A stretch of 64,000 nucleotides of DNA. Origin: Octopus bimaculoides (Eukaryota). The notes beneath the pieces are model-generated. The model searched no databases. It was not told the origin of the DNA and saw nothing but the letters and a program-made list of their open reading frames with translations. The translations under genes and the position numbers were made by a program. Within the stretch, counting starts at the first letter, position 1, and the number at the start of each line of letters is the position of its first letter. The stretch covers positions 4,015,591-4,079,590 of the forward strand of contig NC_068989.1 of assembly GCF_001194135.2 (NCBI RefSeq), read 5' to 3'. This document shows, piece after piece, positions 1 through 13,057 of this stretch.

Positions 1-258
1 CGTATGTGACGTTTAATGCAGTTATATATGTGATAATTTCATGAGTCGAATACTTAATTAAGAATTCATGAGAAGTGATGGAAACAATTATGTATGGGTG
101 ATTATGGAGATAAATGTGATTACATCTCATCGCTCTCACCCCCTCGCTCTTTTCGCCCATTTCACTCTCTCTCATCTTCCCCCTTGGTGTATTTTTTTCT
201 CTTTGTCCCTTACTCCTACATTCTCTCTACTATTTGCTCTCTCGGTCTGTGGGCTATG

Positions 259-260
<2 letters not shown>

Positions 261-309
<49 letters not shown>
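261..309. repeat. (CA)n microsatellite
   Basis: Uninterrupted CA run. Confidence 0.95.
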
Positions 310-313
<4 letters not shown>

Positions 314-706
314 ATTATTTATTCATATATATATATACGCGCATATATACTGCATGCATTTAATTATTTTGGTTGCTTTTCTTTCTTAGCTTTCAAGTCT
401 TCATATTTCTACTTTGGTTATTCCCTCAGGTTCTCTTAATTTCTAAATTCGCCTCTTTCACTCCATTTCCCCCCTCTCTCTTTCTCTCCCTCCCTCCCTC
501 CGTCCCTCCCTCTCTTCATTTCTATCGTAAGAACACTTTATGATTAGCGCTTGTTCTTTTGTTTATTCATTCTTCATAAATATAAATGCATGAATCAATC
601 AATCGATGAATCAATCAATTTCTCTTTCCTATTTCTCGTTCTGTGTGTGTGAACCTATATGTATGCATGCATATATTATATATGTATGTATACATCGATC
701 GGTATT

Positions 707-808
<102 letters not shown>

Positions 809-1863
809 TCTGCTTCCACACACGCATATATATAGAGAGAACCGTTCATAGATATAGTTGTCTGCATTTTATCAATATGCTATTATTATTTGCCATCACA
901 AGGAAGAAGGTATTATAACATTTATCTTGGTCGTTTGAAATTCTGCATTTCTATCGAAAAGTACACACATTTCTTCTCCTAATCACTGTGCTACTTTTCA
1001 CTGGAATCAGTCCATTGAATTATAGGCGTATCTCACCTGAGACATTCTGGTCTCTTCCAGAATTTAATCTGGTTTAAGTCTATATCATTCTGAAATTAAA
1101 TCTGCAATATAAAATACCTTCGAAGTTCACGCAAGAAAGTATTTGTAAAAGAACTATTCATTTATATACATTTCGAATGTTGAGCAATTATCGTATGCAA
1201 AAAGCTATTCAGCCAGAAACAGAAACGTGTGTCCTCTACTCTTCTTCATCTCCAGAGAATAAACCTGTCCTTTTTTTCTTAATGGCGTCAACGAAGGAGA
1301 ATTTTTGATTCTTTACATTATCTCCCCTTTTTCAAATTGCGTTTGCCTTAAATACCATTTGCTTATTATGATACATCCTCTGGAGACATAATATTAATAG
1401 ATCTAGAATTTATATTATAAGGTATACTATATACCAGTATTTGCCTACGAGTGTTTCTTTAACATGTATGTATGTATTTATGTGTGTATGTATGTACGTA
1501 TGTATATGCGTGTGTACGAATGAATGAATTTACGTAAGTACGTATGTATGTGCATACTTATATATGGGTATAGATATGTATGTATGTATATAGACATCAA
1601 CGAGAAAGGCCTCTACGTGGTAGCTAGAACTGATAGAAATAAAAGCCACTTCTCTTTCAAACCATATCGTTCTCTCTCATTTACATACGAACCATCAAAC
1701 ACACAAGACGTGTTTTTATATTAATAAGACGTGTCGGAAATAAATAGCCAAAACTCCTCCAAATCACACTATTGTCTCTCTTTTTATTTTCATATGATAC
1801 TAGTACATCACAGGATTCATCTAGCTATGTGCATGTGTTTGTATGCGTGTGTTTATGTGTGTG

Positions 1864-1964
<101 letters not shown>

Positions 1965-2149
1965 CCGCTTGATGTTATAGGTTTCGGACGAAGCCATTCC
2001 CACTGCAATAATCTGAGGTTATTAAGCAACGAATGTAACACTGTCTTGATCTTTGACTCCTATTAGTGGAGAAATTTTAATTCGTTGTTAATTAAAGGTT
2101 TCGGATGGATCCGCTTATTTTTATAACAGTCACTATTTCATAGGATTAT

Positions 2150-2668
2150 TCGGGATTACATTTCATAACAGAATTACCCAAAACTGAACGGACACAAGAT
2201 TGCATGGAAGAATTCCTACACAATGAGAGATTTGTGTCACCGTTAAGGATGGCATTTGATGAATTCAGTTAAACAATTATGCCTATATAAATAGATTAAT
2301 CAAGTTAGCTAAGGCAGAACTAGGATTAATTAGCAAGAAGATTATAAGGAAGATCACCGATAGCATTAGAGAGGTGAATAATTTACAACAATGGCCTAAC
2401 TGGAATACATGAAATATTTCGATATGGCTACTGAGAGAAAGAACTCAAGATTTACTCAGTCTGAATCTGTGGAGCTCTTACTATAAGCACATCTTTTCAC
2501 TGTAAAGCATTAGAAAATTGTAATATTGATGTCACTGATCTAGAGATGAAATTATATGCAGGGAAAATATTACTTTACACAGCATCGTCATAACTAGCAA
2601 CCAAACATACACATTTAATGTTAGAATCGATCTACGAACTTGTCGGTCTCTTCATGTTGGAAGATAAA
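2150..2668 (+). mobile_element. Penelope-like element (Naiad-like) reverse transcriptase remnant, decayed
   Basis: Manual translation across frameshifts gives FVTVKD..., RLIKLAKAELGLISKKIIRKITDSIREVNNLQQW, RKNSRFTQSESVE and IYELVGLFML. These resemble, in order, the PLE RT motifs FITLKDHK / RLINPAKSELG.ISK.I / FIQFDIVEFYP / ICELVGL.IL. Confidence 0.65.
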
Positions 2669-2671
2669 TGT

Positions 2672-2743
2672 CACTTGCCAAAGGTGCCGTGCTGGGAGAT
2701 TGAACCCAAAACATGTGTTTGCAAAACGAGTTTCTTAACCACA
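2672..2743 (-). mobile_element. SINE family A head fragment
   Basis: Reverse complement matches the head of the 30909 copy (gtggttaagaa...ggttcaatccc...ggcacctttggcaagtg). Confidence 0.65.
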
Positions 2744-2884
2744 AGGTTTGGTCCTTATGTAATAACCACCGCACAATAACATTCATTCACAATGAAACAT
2801 TGATATCCTTACCAACGTAATCTCTACAGTAGCATGCAGAAACATTTAAAATCATAGACAAATACTTACAATATTCCAGAGACT

Positions 2885-2923
<39 letters not shown>

Positions 2924-4014
2924 CACGGCACAGCGCACAAGGACAAGTACACCTCACTAACTGTATTTATCAACACCAATACACACTTTCAAAATGCATC
3001 GTGCCTCCGTCCATAAAACTCTGTCCACACAAACAGAATCGCCTGCTGTTAATCAATGAGAAGTGAGGCTGATAATTTCTCTGTAACTAACGGTGTAACG
3101 GAGTGGAAAGGCACGATTCTAGTTTCCGACTCTTGCCGAAGAGTTCCGATGCGCATTACTGAATTCGTTAAAACCTTTCTCTCTTCACTGATCAAGATCA
3201 ATGACCGCGATCGCACTGAATATTTGAAACTATAAACTCCTAATCGAATATCATTCGAAGCTATTGCAAATATCCATTTAGCACGTAAATGTTTGTATCT
3301 GTTATTTACATTATATCCTGTTCGCTAATCTCTCTACAAACACATATGCATGCTTGTGTGTGTCTGTGTGTGTGTGTGTGTGTAAAGAAAGAAAGAGAGA
3401 GAGAGACATACACATATAATCGTTTCAACGGTATGTAATAGTGTTATAGATCTGTCGTTCCATTGCATAGTAGTGCTTATACATGCGTGTATGCGAAGGT
3501 GTTAGTGTGTGTGAAGTTTCTTCTGCTTATCATTCTACTATGCTTAACCATTTGTTCAACCATTCTCCCTAATTTTCGTACAATACTCTAACTCTCATTC
3601 TATATGATTAGGTATTTCTATGACTATGTTTGCTTGTATATATGCATACATGTATGCAATATTTATTTCTGTGTCTCTACATGCTTCCTCTAAACCTGTC
3701 TCCAAATTTGTTCTTGTCTGTGTCTTAAGTCTTTACTTCCCATTCTACAGGTCCGCTACATTGGCAGTCTGGCTAGCGTCTTTGTGTTGGACCCTCTTAC
3801 GACTTTACAAGAACTTCGATATACCTACATACATACATGCATATGAAGTAGGTAACGAGCACGAAAAGAGGACCACGCAAGAGGAACAAGTTTTAACAAT
3901 GCTTACTTCCCCATGTGCTGACCTGCTAATCGCCCCTCTCCCCAAAATACCCATGCTGGACAGTTTTACGTCCTTCTAAACTTTTAAAAGGACTTTGAGT
4001 TCTCTCTAAATATA

Positions 4015-4106
4015 AAAAAAGTAAATTTAAAAAATAAATAAAGCATCATAGCCCAGTAATATTACTAGGCTATGATGCTTTATTTATTTTTTATATTTAC
4101 TTTCTT
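4015..4106. repeat. Near-perfect spacerless inverted repeat (palindrome)
   Basis: 4029-4060 is the reverse complement of 4061-4092 with 1 mismatch in 32 bp; the arms extend about 14 bp further with 2 mismatches. Confidence 0.9.
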
Positions 4107-4782
4107 CACTTTATATTAGTAATTCATTAGTTTTTTTCCATAAAGAAATTTTTTTTTTTATATTTGATGAACTCTCTTGGTTCTCTTCCTTCCTCCAGTT
4201 TTGACTTAGCAATTAGCTTACGACTTTTAGTTTACTTTACTGTGATCTATTTTGCCCTCCTCCCCCCATTTTAATAATCTAGTTTAAACCTTTAGTATAG
4301 CCTTTACAGCCCCCTCCCTTCATAACTCTATGTAAACAAGCGTTCTTACTTCTAACGGTCACTTACTTGGCCATGTAACTCGTAAGTTACCTCATCATTT
4401 CGCATTTGTCTTGCTTCTATATGTTGGTTCCCTGACGATGAATATATGTGGAATTCCAGCAGTTCTTACTTCTTTGGAGTAGATAACACATATATTTTGA
4501 AACATGTGTAGGAATTAAAGGAACTTTTATTTATATGCGTTATGCTCCATTTATTGTTATTATTCATATATATNNNNNNNNNNNNNNNNNNNNNNNNNNN
4601 NNNNNNNNNNNNNNNNNNNNNNNNNNNNNNNNNNNNNNNNNNNNNNNNNNNNNNNNNNNNNNNNNNNNNNNNNNNNNNNNNNNNNNNNNNNNNNNNNNNN
4701 NNNNNNNNNNNNNNNNNNNNNNNNNNNNNNNNNNNNNNNNNNTATATATATATATATAAATACATATATATATTTACATATA

Positions 4783-4822
<40 letters not shown>

Positions 4823-5249
4823 CATACATACATACATACATACATACATACAACCGGCATCATGATACTCATATTTAGACATAAGTCCTGATCACCTTCA
4901 TGAATAGTCAGAATGGATGCTGCAATATAAACGTATCCACATAAGTGAATCGTCAAAATCAATGACTGAAATCGGAACGAAGCAACAGTAGCTATACATA
5001 GTACAATGCCTACTATACCAACCTAAACAGCGGCCTCCAGCCAGACAGTACCATTAAACGTTGTTGTAAGCTGCAACAGACGAGTCTCAAGGGCAATTTA
5101 TCTCTAGTGTAAGCCAGAGCTAATCGAACAGATGAATACCAAAATATCTTTAATACTTTACATGCTGTAACATACAGCAATTATTGACCTCAACAATAAT
5201 ACATACAGTACAAATATCAAAACTGAGCGTTGCTTGATAGGAAAACATT

Positions 5250-5620
5250 GATTTTGATATTTAATTATTTCTCCGTTTAGACTGACATGTTCATGATTCC
5301 CATCTTATTCCGAAATCTTTCTTCTGTTCCCTTCTATCTATATGTTTTGTGTGATCTGGTTCTCTTTCATTATTTACTCCTCTGTAAGTGTGTCTTTATT
5401 TAACAATTTTACTTTTGTTCTTCATTTTATGAATGTTTCTTGCGTTTTCTGTTGATTTCTGATATCTTTCTGGTTTTGAGAATGTATCTTTTTAAAATTG
5501 ATTAGTTTATCTGTTTCGTTGTAAATTAGAGGTTAGAAAGGTGTTATTCTTTGTACTGTTGTATCAAAGTTTCATCTTCAGTGTAGAGTGTAGCAGTAAA
5601 ATGTGCTTATAAAGAAGACA
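5250..5620 (-). mobile_element. Possible Penelope-like element C-terminal (GIY-YIG region) remnant
   Basis: Decayed frame reads DTFSKPERYQKSTENARNIHKMKNK, resembling SF.NEKY.NSTELSKYIW.LK of Naiad-like PLEs; many stops. Confidence 0.3.
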
Positions 5621-5660
5621 ACGATTCCAATTCTGTTTGGCTGCGTGTATTTTTATTGAT

Positions 5661-5806
5661 GAGTTTAAATTCCGCCGAGGTTGACTTTGCCTTTTATCTT
5701 TTCGAGGTCGATAAATTAAGTACCAGTTGCGTACTGGGGTCAATCTAATCGACTAGACCCCTCCCCCAAAATTTCGGGCCTTGTGCCCAGAGTAGAAATG
5801 AATAAT
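5661..5806 (+). mobile_element. SINE family B, 5'-truncated
   Basis: B-box-like gagtttaaattcc, central gactttgcc...gtcgataaattaagtaccag...ctggggtc..., and tail ggccttgtgcc.agagtagaaa; matches the reverse complements of copies at 56158, 61646 and 62921. Confidence 0.85.
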
Positions 5807-5871
5807 GGATATTTTTCGGAGCTGCCGTACCAAGTTATCTCCTGTCAGGATCGGTAGAGCAGCGAGCTGTG

Positions 5872-6190
5872 AAGGCGCGCGTCTTAATGGTTAGGGGCAT
5901 TCGGCTCACGATCCTAAGGTCGCGAGTTCGATTCCCGCTAACGAGTAATGTCCTTGAGCAAGACACTTTATTTCACGTAGTTTGAGTGCACTCAACTGGA
6001 AAAAATGAGGTGTACCTGTAATTAAAAGGATCCAGCCTTGCCATATTGTATGTCATGCTGAATCTCCCTGAGAACTACGTTAAGGATACACTTGTTTGTA
6101 GAGTACTCAGCCAGTTGCACATTAATTTCACGAGAAGGATGTTATGTTGATTGGATCAACGTGAGTGCTCGCCGTCGCAACCGACGGAGT
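5872..6190 (+). mobile_element. SINE family C (tRNA-derived), near full length
   Basis: tRNA-like head with B box gagttcgattcc, central ccttgagcaagacactttatttcacg, tail gaatctccctgagaactacgttaagg...ccgacggag; colinear with the reverse complement of 57534-57856. Confidence 0.85.
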
Positions 6191-7358
6191 AACAATTCTT
6201 TTCTTTTTTTTTTTTTCTTAAAGAGTAGCGGGGAAAGATTTTGATGTATTTAAGTACGACTTTTTAAATATGATATTCGAAAGTCTTTGAAGTTTAATTT
6301 GTTATTCCTCCCCACAGACGCAATAAGATTAGGTTCCAATCAAGGACCAAAATGTCTTCCGGAATATCTGTTGGTTGAAAATACCGTTTATATGTAGTGT
6401 ATTTATAACTATTGGTAAACACACTTATGGGGTGATGAAAATTGTCGAAACTAGCCAAGCTTGTTTTTCAATCTGGGGTCCGTTCACACAGCTTGTGATG
6501 GGTTAAATATATGATAATTAAATGTACATTCGTAGATTTATTTACGACCTCTCCACTTACCCGCTGTCTCTGTACTTTGTACCATGCGTGAGAGTGTGTA
6601 TGTATGTGTATGTGCAAGCGTGTGTAATGACATATGCATGTACAAGTTTTCTAACTGAATAACTCAGCTAGATGAATGGACCACTCTATCGCTATTATGG
6701 GCGATAAAATTTATGCAAATGGCGATTTCCAAAACATTTGAAAGAATATGGTTGAAAAAGAAAAAAATCTGAAAAGAAAAACAGAAGAAAAACGGTGTCA
6801 TAAGCGAACAGGTTGTATATAATGAACAAAAAAAGAAGAATTGTTATGATACAATTAAATATGAACATGTATATCGAAGGTGGAGTTCAATCATGCGTAT
6901 ATTTTCAAATGAGAGTAGGCGAGCGAATAATTCTGTCGATATATGAAAACAAAAGAAAATTGTAATGAAATAATAAATAAAAATATTATTTTTAAAGTTA
7001 GATGTAATTTAAAAGCTGTTAAGGTCTCATTCAATATGAGAGTAGAATAAATGAAAAAAGATCATTTAGGTTTGAGTAGTAAAATATTTGGAGATGAGAG
7101 TGTGAGATGAATACGAGGTAGAGAAGGAAGAAAGGAAAATACGTAAATGCAAGTTCAACATGGAATTTAAATGGTTTGATTCTAGTGATTTAGGTGAGAA
7201 TTACAGACTGGTGAAAACATTCGTTGTATTTTATAGAAAGTGATTAAGAATTCTAGTGTAGCGATAGTGAGTGGTACACCCTGACAACCTGGTCGTGCGC
7301 CTAAATATGTCCGTACACAATACGTTAATGCACATGCTGCTGTCGAGTTGTTTGTGGA

Positions 7359-7395
7359 CCCAAACTGATCCCAAACTGATCCCAAACTGATCCCA
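7359..7395. repeat. 11-bp tandem repeat (CCCAAACTGAT)x3
   Basis: Three exact copies plus a partial copy. Confidence 0.9.
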
Positions 7396-7545
7396 CATCA
7401 CACAACACTCTCTTTAATTTTCTCTACTTTTACGCCTTCCGCAACTACTTTCCCCACCGCATATTCATAAAAACATTTTTTTATTATTATTATTTTCATT
7501 ATTTCGGGGACGTGCACAAACTATGTTCCCATTGAAAACGATCCC

Positions 7546-7620
7546 CTGAAGAAGGGGATAAATGATAGTAATATTTACACAGATGTAATACGAGTGTAAA
7601 AATAGGTCGAAACAATTGTT
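7546..7620 (+). ncRNA. Degenerate type I hammerhead-ribozyme-like motif
   Basis: CTGAAGA (7546-52), long stem II containing TTTACAC/GTGTAAA arms, GAAAC (7609-13), palindromic AATT loop, then GTT; stem I not intact. Confidence 0.4.
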
Positions 7621-8301
7621 ATGGTTTTATATAAAGAATGTCGTTAAATCTATTTTCTGTTATGTAAATGTATGTATGTATTTATGCACATATGTATGCT
7701 GTATATACAAAGGTATTTAAAGACACTTAATAGTCAGTAGAATACTCTCTTCAAACCAATTAAAATGTTTTTATTTCGTTTTGTCCTCATGACAGATTAA
7801 AATGCTAAAACAACAAACGCAAATCGTTCAGTCATAGTTGAAAATGTGATAAACACAAACATTTTGAAATTGACAAAATCCTAACTGTTGCAAGATCTTA
7901 TAAGTAAAGATGTGTATGTGTGTAATTGTGTGTGTAACTGTGTGTGACCTGTTAAACAACCTGTTGAGAACCGATAATCAATAAAGGATTTGTTGAATAA
8001 ATGTTCAATAGAAAATGTTTAAGTATATTTTATCGTTAATGTCTTACGGTAGCTTGGAAAGAAAAAGATAAACAAAGACTGCTGAGATATTTTTAATGGT
8101 AAGACTCGGTTAGATCCTCATCTTAAAGTACCAATAGGTCAACGGTTTTAGTTAATTTAACACAGAAAGTAGAAAATGCTTATTAAACATATGTACGTGA
8201 GTCCAGAGACAAATATACATCTATACGTAGAAATAATACACAGAAACACACAGAAACACACCCAACCAAACATATATACATACATATATAATATTAATAT
8301 G

Positions 8302-8356
<55 letters not shown>

Positions 8357-10209
8357 TAACACAATGAGATAAAAAAATCCAAGGCTGTGAAAGATTTTCA
8401 GAACATTTATAAAGAGGTCTTACAGNNNNNNNNNNNNNNNNNNNNNNNNNNNNNNNNNNNNNNNNNNNNNNNNNNNNNNNNNNNNNNNNNNNNNNNNNNN
8501 NNNNNNNNNNNNNNNNNNNNNNNNNNNNNNNNNNNNNNNNNNNNNNNNNNNNNNNNNNNNNNNNNNNNNNNNNNNNNNNNNNNNNNNNNNNNNNNNNNNN
8601 NNNNNNNNNNNNNNNNNNNNNNNNNNNNNNNNNNNNNNNNNNNNNNNNNNNNNNNNNNNNNNNNNNNNNNNNNNNNNNNNNNNNNNNNNNNNNNNNNNNN
8701 NNNNNNNNNNNNNNNNNNNNNNNNNNNNNNNNNNNNNNNNNNNNNNNNNNNNNNNNNNNNNNNNNNNNNNNNNNNNNNNNNNNNNNNNNNNNNNNNNNNN
8801 NNNNNNNNNNNNNNNNNNNNNNNNNNNNNNNNNNNNNNNNNNNNNNNNNNNNNNNNNNNNNNNNNNNNNNNNNNNNNNNNNNNNNNNNNNNNNNNNNNNN
8901 NNNNNNNNNNNNNNNNNNNNNNNNNNNNNNNNNNNNNNNNNNNNNNNNNNNNNNNNNNNNNNNNNNNNNNNNNNNNNNNNNNNNNNNNNNNNNNNNNNNN
9001 NNNNNNNNNNNNNNNNNNNNNNNNNNNNNNNNNNNNNNNNNNNNNNNNNNNNNNNNNNNNNNNNNNNNNNNNNNNNNNNNNNNNNNNNNNNNNNNNNNNN
9101 NNNNNNNNNNNNNNNNNNNNNNNNNNNNNNNNNNNNNNNNNNNNNNNNNNNNNNNNNNNNNNNNNNNNNNNNNNNNNNNNNNNNNNNNNNATATATATAT
9201 ATATATATGCATGTATGTATACATGTATGTATGTATGTATGTATGTATGTATGTATGTATGTATTTACATGAATATATACAACACACATACAACCACAGA
9301 AAGTAACACAGAAAAGGAAGAAAGCTGATCACGCAGTCACTGTTATTTGTGGTAATGCGTGAGAATGTATATGGCTGAGTGAATATGCGTATGGTATGTA
9401 CGCGTCTATGTAAGTATGTATACGTGCATATGTGTCTGTTTACGTTTGTATCATTACAAAACAGCCATCAGTATTGACGATGAATAATCTTCGCTAGAAG
9501 GATTTACCATTTATCCATTTCCAATTGATTTCTTACACATCATAGAACGAACCAGCTGCTGTTGTCTGCGATAAGCAAGAACACCTGTCCTCTGTCTTAC
9601 TCTGTTCAGCTCTCCTGATTCAGAGATCTTCAATGCTGCTTCAATGACGTTATTTTTGCAGATATCACAATGAAAAAAAAAAAAAGACCTCTGTTGGATT
9701 CTCTTCTTCCTCGTCTCTTTTCTTCCTCACCCCACTTCTCCCTCTCTCGCTCTCTTCCTCATAGCATCTGAATGTTCTTTACGATACTTATGGTAATGTT
9801 GTTTTTAATATCTATTATTATATTTTATAGTTTTATATTGCAAGTATTTTGTAGTAAATCTTATCGTGTAAATGAATGATAAGAATGCGACCGGAATAAT
9901 CGAAGGAACTCACACGCATACACAGCAACATAAAAACACACGCGCACACATACTTATATATACAATATAAATACTTGTATATAATATACATACGCACACA
10001 CTCACACACACGCGCAGAGACACACGCATATATATATATATATACACACACACACGTATGTAAACTTATATATGTTTACATATATAAGTGTATATATAAG
10101 TGTGTATATANNNNNNNNNNNNNNNNNNNNNNNNNNNNNNNNNNNNNNNNNNNNNNNNNNNNNNNNNNNNNNNNNNNNNNNNNNNNNNNNNATATATATA
10201 TTTTTTTTT

Positions 10210-10370
10210 TTCTCCGTGTTTTTCTCCTTGTCTCCGTATTCTTTCTGTTGAAGAGCGTAGCTCGAAACGTCAAAGACTTTCCGTATTCCCGAGCGTCATA
10301 CTAATATATACTTTTGTTATTTACACCACCTGTCCTCGTCTGTTGTTATTATTTGTATATTCTCCCATAT
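10210..10370 (+). mobile_element. Short repeat resembling a Penelope-like terminal region with minimal hammerhead-like core
   Basis: TTGAAGA-GCGTAGCTC-GAAACGTC at 10248-10271; upstream part lost in the gap. Confidence 0.35.
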
Positions 10371-10382
10371 ATATATATATGC

Positions 10383-11200
10383 TCTAGCTGACGTACCCGG
10401 TAATTCCCGGGAAAGCGGTTCTGTTCTCATAATTGTTTCGCTAATTCCACTAACAACAATACAAAGTATTTAGCCCTTAAAACGGTTTCTGTGCATTTAC
10501 AGAGAATACCGAACTGTCTTACACACAATCATATTCTTAGGAATTCAAATAAAGTAGCCCCCGAAAAGGGCGTTAATGCGTTACCAGAGTACGTAGAAAT
10601 CCGGAGGAGATAATAATAAGGTATGTATACTAAAATCATGAAGCATATTACGTAATAACAGGTTAATCAGATATGAGATAATAGCAATTCAAAGTAAATA
10701 ACTCTGAAAAGGGCTTTTGTGCATTCCCAGAGAATATTACCTTCAGCAGCGCTAGTGTTGGTATATTCATGAATAACTCACTAACCGACATAAGTGGATC
10801 TAGTGTTTAGGAAAATACTATTTATCTATTTAAGGGTTGTACTGGATAAATTGCAAAAATACCTCTAACAATTCAAATACTAAGAAAGAAGGATACTCAA
10901 TTTGATTTATACCAAATGATTTAGGAAAATAAATGGATTCTTTCCTTTGGCTGTTAAAATCTGCGTGAATGGGTTATTTCTCTTAGCTGTTAAAATGATA
11001 TATATTAGACACATATAAAGATGCCTTCCAGGGGCCCTATTATCGATTTTATCAACAATCTGAGTATGCCATGAAGTTTTCAGACACGAGTTCTACTCAC
11101 GCGTCAAGTTTCAGCAAAATCAATAAGACGATGTAGGAGGAGTTACCTAACAACTCCACAAACACATCGACAGACAAAATTTCTCACATATGTAGTATAT
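10383..11200 (+). mobile_element. Non-autonomous Helentron/Helitron-like element (HINE, DINE-1/Lep1-like architecture)
   Basis: Starts TCTAGCTGACGTA followed by a CCCGG-taattc-CCGGG hairpin; ends ...aagtttcagcaaaatc...ggaggagtt..aacaac..cagacaaaatttctcacatatgtagtata; sits in TA-rich flanks. Confidence 0.5.
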
Positions 11201-11204
11201 GTAG

Positions 11205-11272
<68 letters not shown>

Positions 11273-12918
11273 TACATGTAAGTTTAATCTATGTCCGGTC
11301 ATATATATATGTATATATATATATGTGTGTGCGCGTGCGTGTATGTGTTTATGGGGAGGTGTAGTATGAGCATATATCTAGTGAGTGTGTATATTTATTT
11401 ATATGCATATATACATATAATCAGATATACATACGAATACAGATATAAATAAGCACATATATAGTATACATGATATATATATACATATATATATATACAT
11501 ATGTATATACATATATATATATATATATACATATATATGTAGGTGCGTAAGCGTACATGCATACAGACAGACAAATAGGCAAACAGATAGATAGATATAT
11601 AGATACATAGATAGGTTCAAAGATAGGCAGCCAGACAGACAGAGAAGCAAATAGATATATGTAGATATATATATGTAGAGAGAGAGAGACCGATACATAT
11701 AAAGAAAGACTGATAGACATAGATGTAAGGAGATAGTTATACTTATCGTGATGTTGAACAGATCCTCACCCTCAGAGTTAATAAGATATAGATCTATCAG
11801 TGAATGGACTGTGCGTGATGATTTCAACACGTAATGCTCATGTCACATGAAAACCTATAATCATTTTGAAGTTCCGGAACCAATTTCAAGCTGCATTAAA
11901 ATAATTGATGGTCTGGTTTCAGTAGAATATTGAAGGCATGCAGATTATCGTGGCACTATTGTCAAGACAAAAAAGGATGCACAACGATTCTATCATGTCA
12001 GCAGCAATACACATCAGTACCTTCATTGACACTAAAGCGCGTTCGCTTTTCATTTTCTCTTCCTTTTTTTCCTTTTTCTGTGTTCGTACACCAGCATACA
12101 AAAATACACGCTGATATAATCTGATGCATACATTAGATTAAATATATATATATATATATATACATATGTATACAATATGTATATATGTATAGAATTATGT
12201 GCTTTGATTATAGTATTATAGCTCTTATTGCAAACTGTTGTCTACATTGCAGTTTCTTTTTCAGAGCTTTCTTGCAAGCGGTAAGCTCCCAGACAAAACA
12301 TCGAAGACACCCTTTTGGGTCCGAGCGCATACTCACTGCAAACATGACAGACGTACTAACGTCGGACGGAAGCAATGCTTCGAACTTATCCACGTTAGCA
12401 GATATGTTCTTAGCAGTCAGAACTATATGTTGTTTACGTCATAGGAGTTTAGAAACGTGGAATTAAATCGTTTTAAAACGTGGAACGAGAATCAGGTAAA
12501 GCTACAAATAAAAGTGCGTAAATATTGAGGCAAAAAACCTTTTGAATAGAAAATGTCAAGGTTACATGACTAACTAGCGTTTATCAGTGAAAAATACTGT
12601 CATATCGTCGCCCATCTATATATTTCGTTTCTACTATAGAGAGATATATCAAAATTAATTACAAATTACAAAAAAAATTGCCAGAACGGGGAAATTAAAT
12701 TTCACTTTCATATTCGAATGTTTGTTACAGTAAAATCCTAGTTCTACTCGCAAAAAAGGAGAAATTAAATATTTAGCAATTTTCTTTTCAAGATAGTAAA
12801 CAGAAATATATAACAGGTTGTGCTTAAACATTCAATTATACCTGAAACTGAGGTACAGGTTTGTAGTGACGTGCACGTACATACGCATGCACACACACAT
12901 ACACACACACACACACAC

Positions 12919-12955
<37 letters not shown>

Positions 12956-13016
12956 TGCAACACATGCGTGCAAAGCCCATGCTGTCACACGCACGCTCGC
13001 AAATCTAACTATATAG

Positions 13017-13057
<41 letters not shown>

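Larger units (their letters stand above)
6690..7660 (+). mobile_element. Possible Penelope-like element 3' remnant (linker/GIY-YIG plus terminal repeat region)
   Basis: Weak motifs NGDF (NGYP-like), YIEG and KVSFNMRVE*MKKD..SSKIF (T.RS...RV.EH.KD-like), followed by a CTGAAGA...GAAAC hammerhead-like core typical of PLE termini. Confidence 0.35.

Noticed and set aside
880-1400. Possible LINE C-terminal remnant on the minus strand (RKKG.GL-like)
   Set aside because: Only one or two weak motif echoes with many stops; not enough to call.
5872-5945. tRNA genes at SINE heads (also 30909, 54068, 56300-56376, 57091)
   Set aside because: A and B boxes are present, but there is no complete cloverleaf or acceptor stem and each continues into a SINE body.
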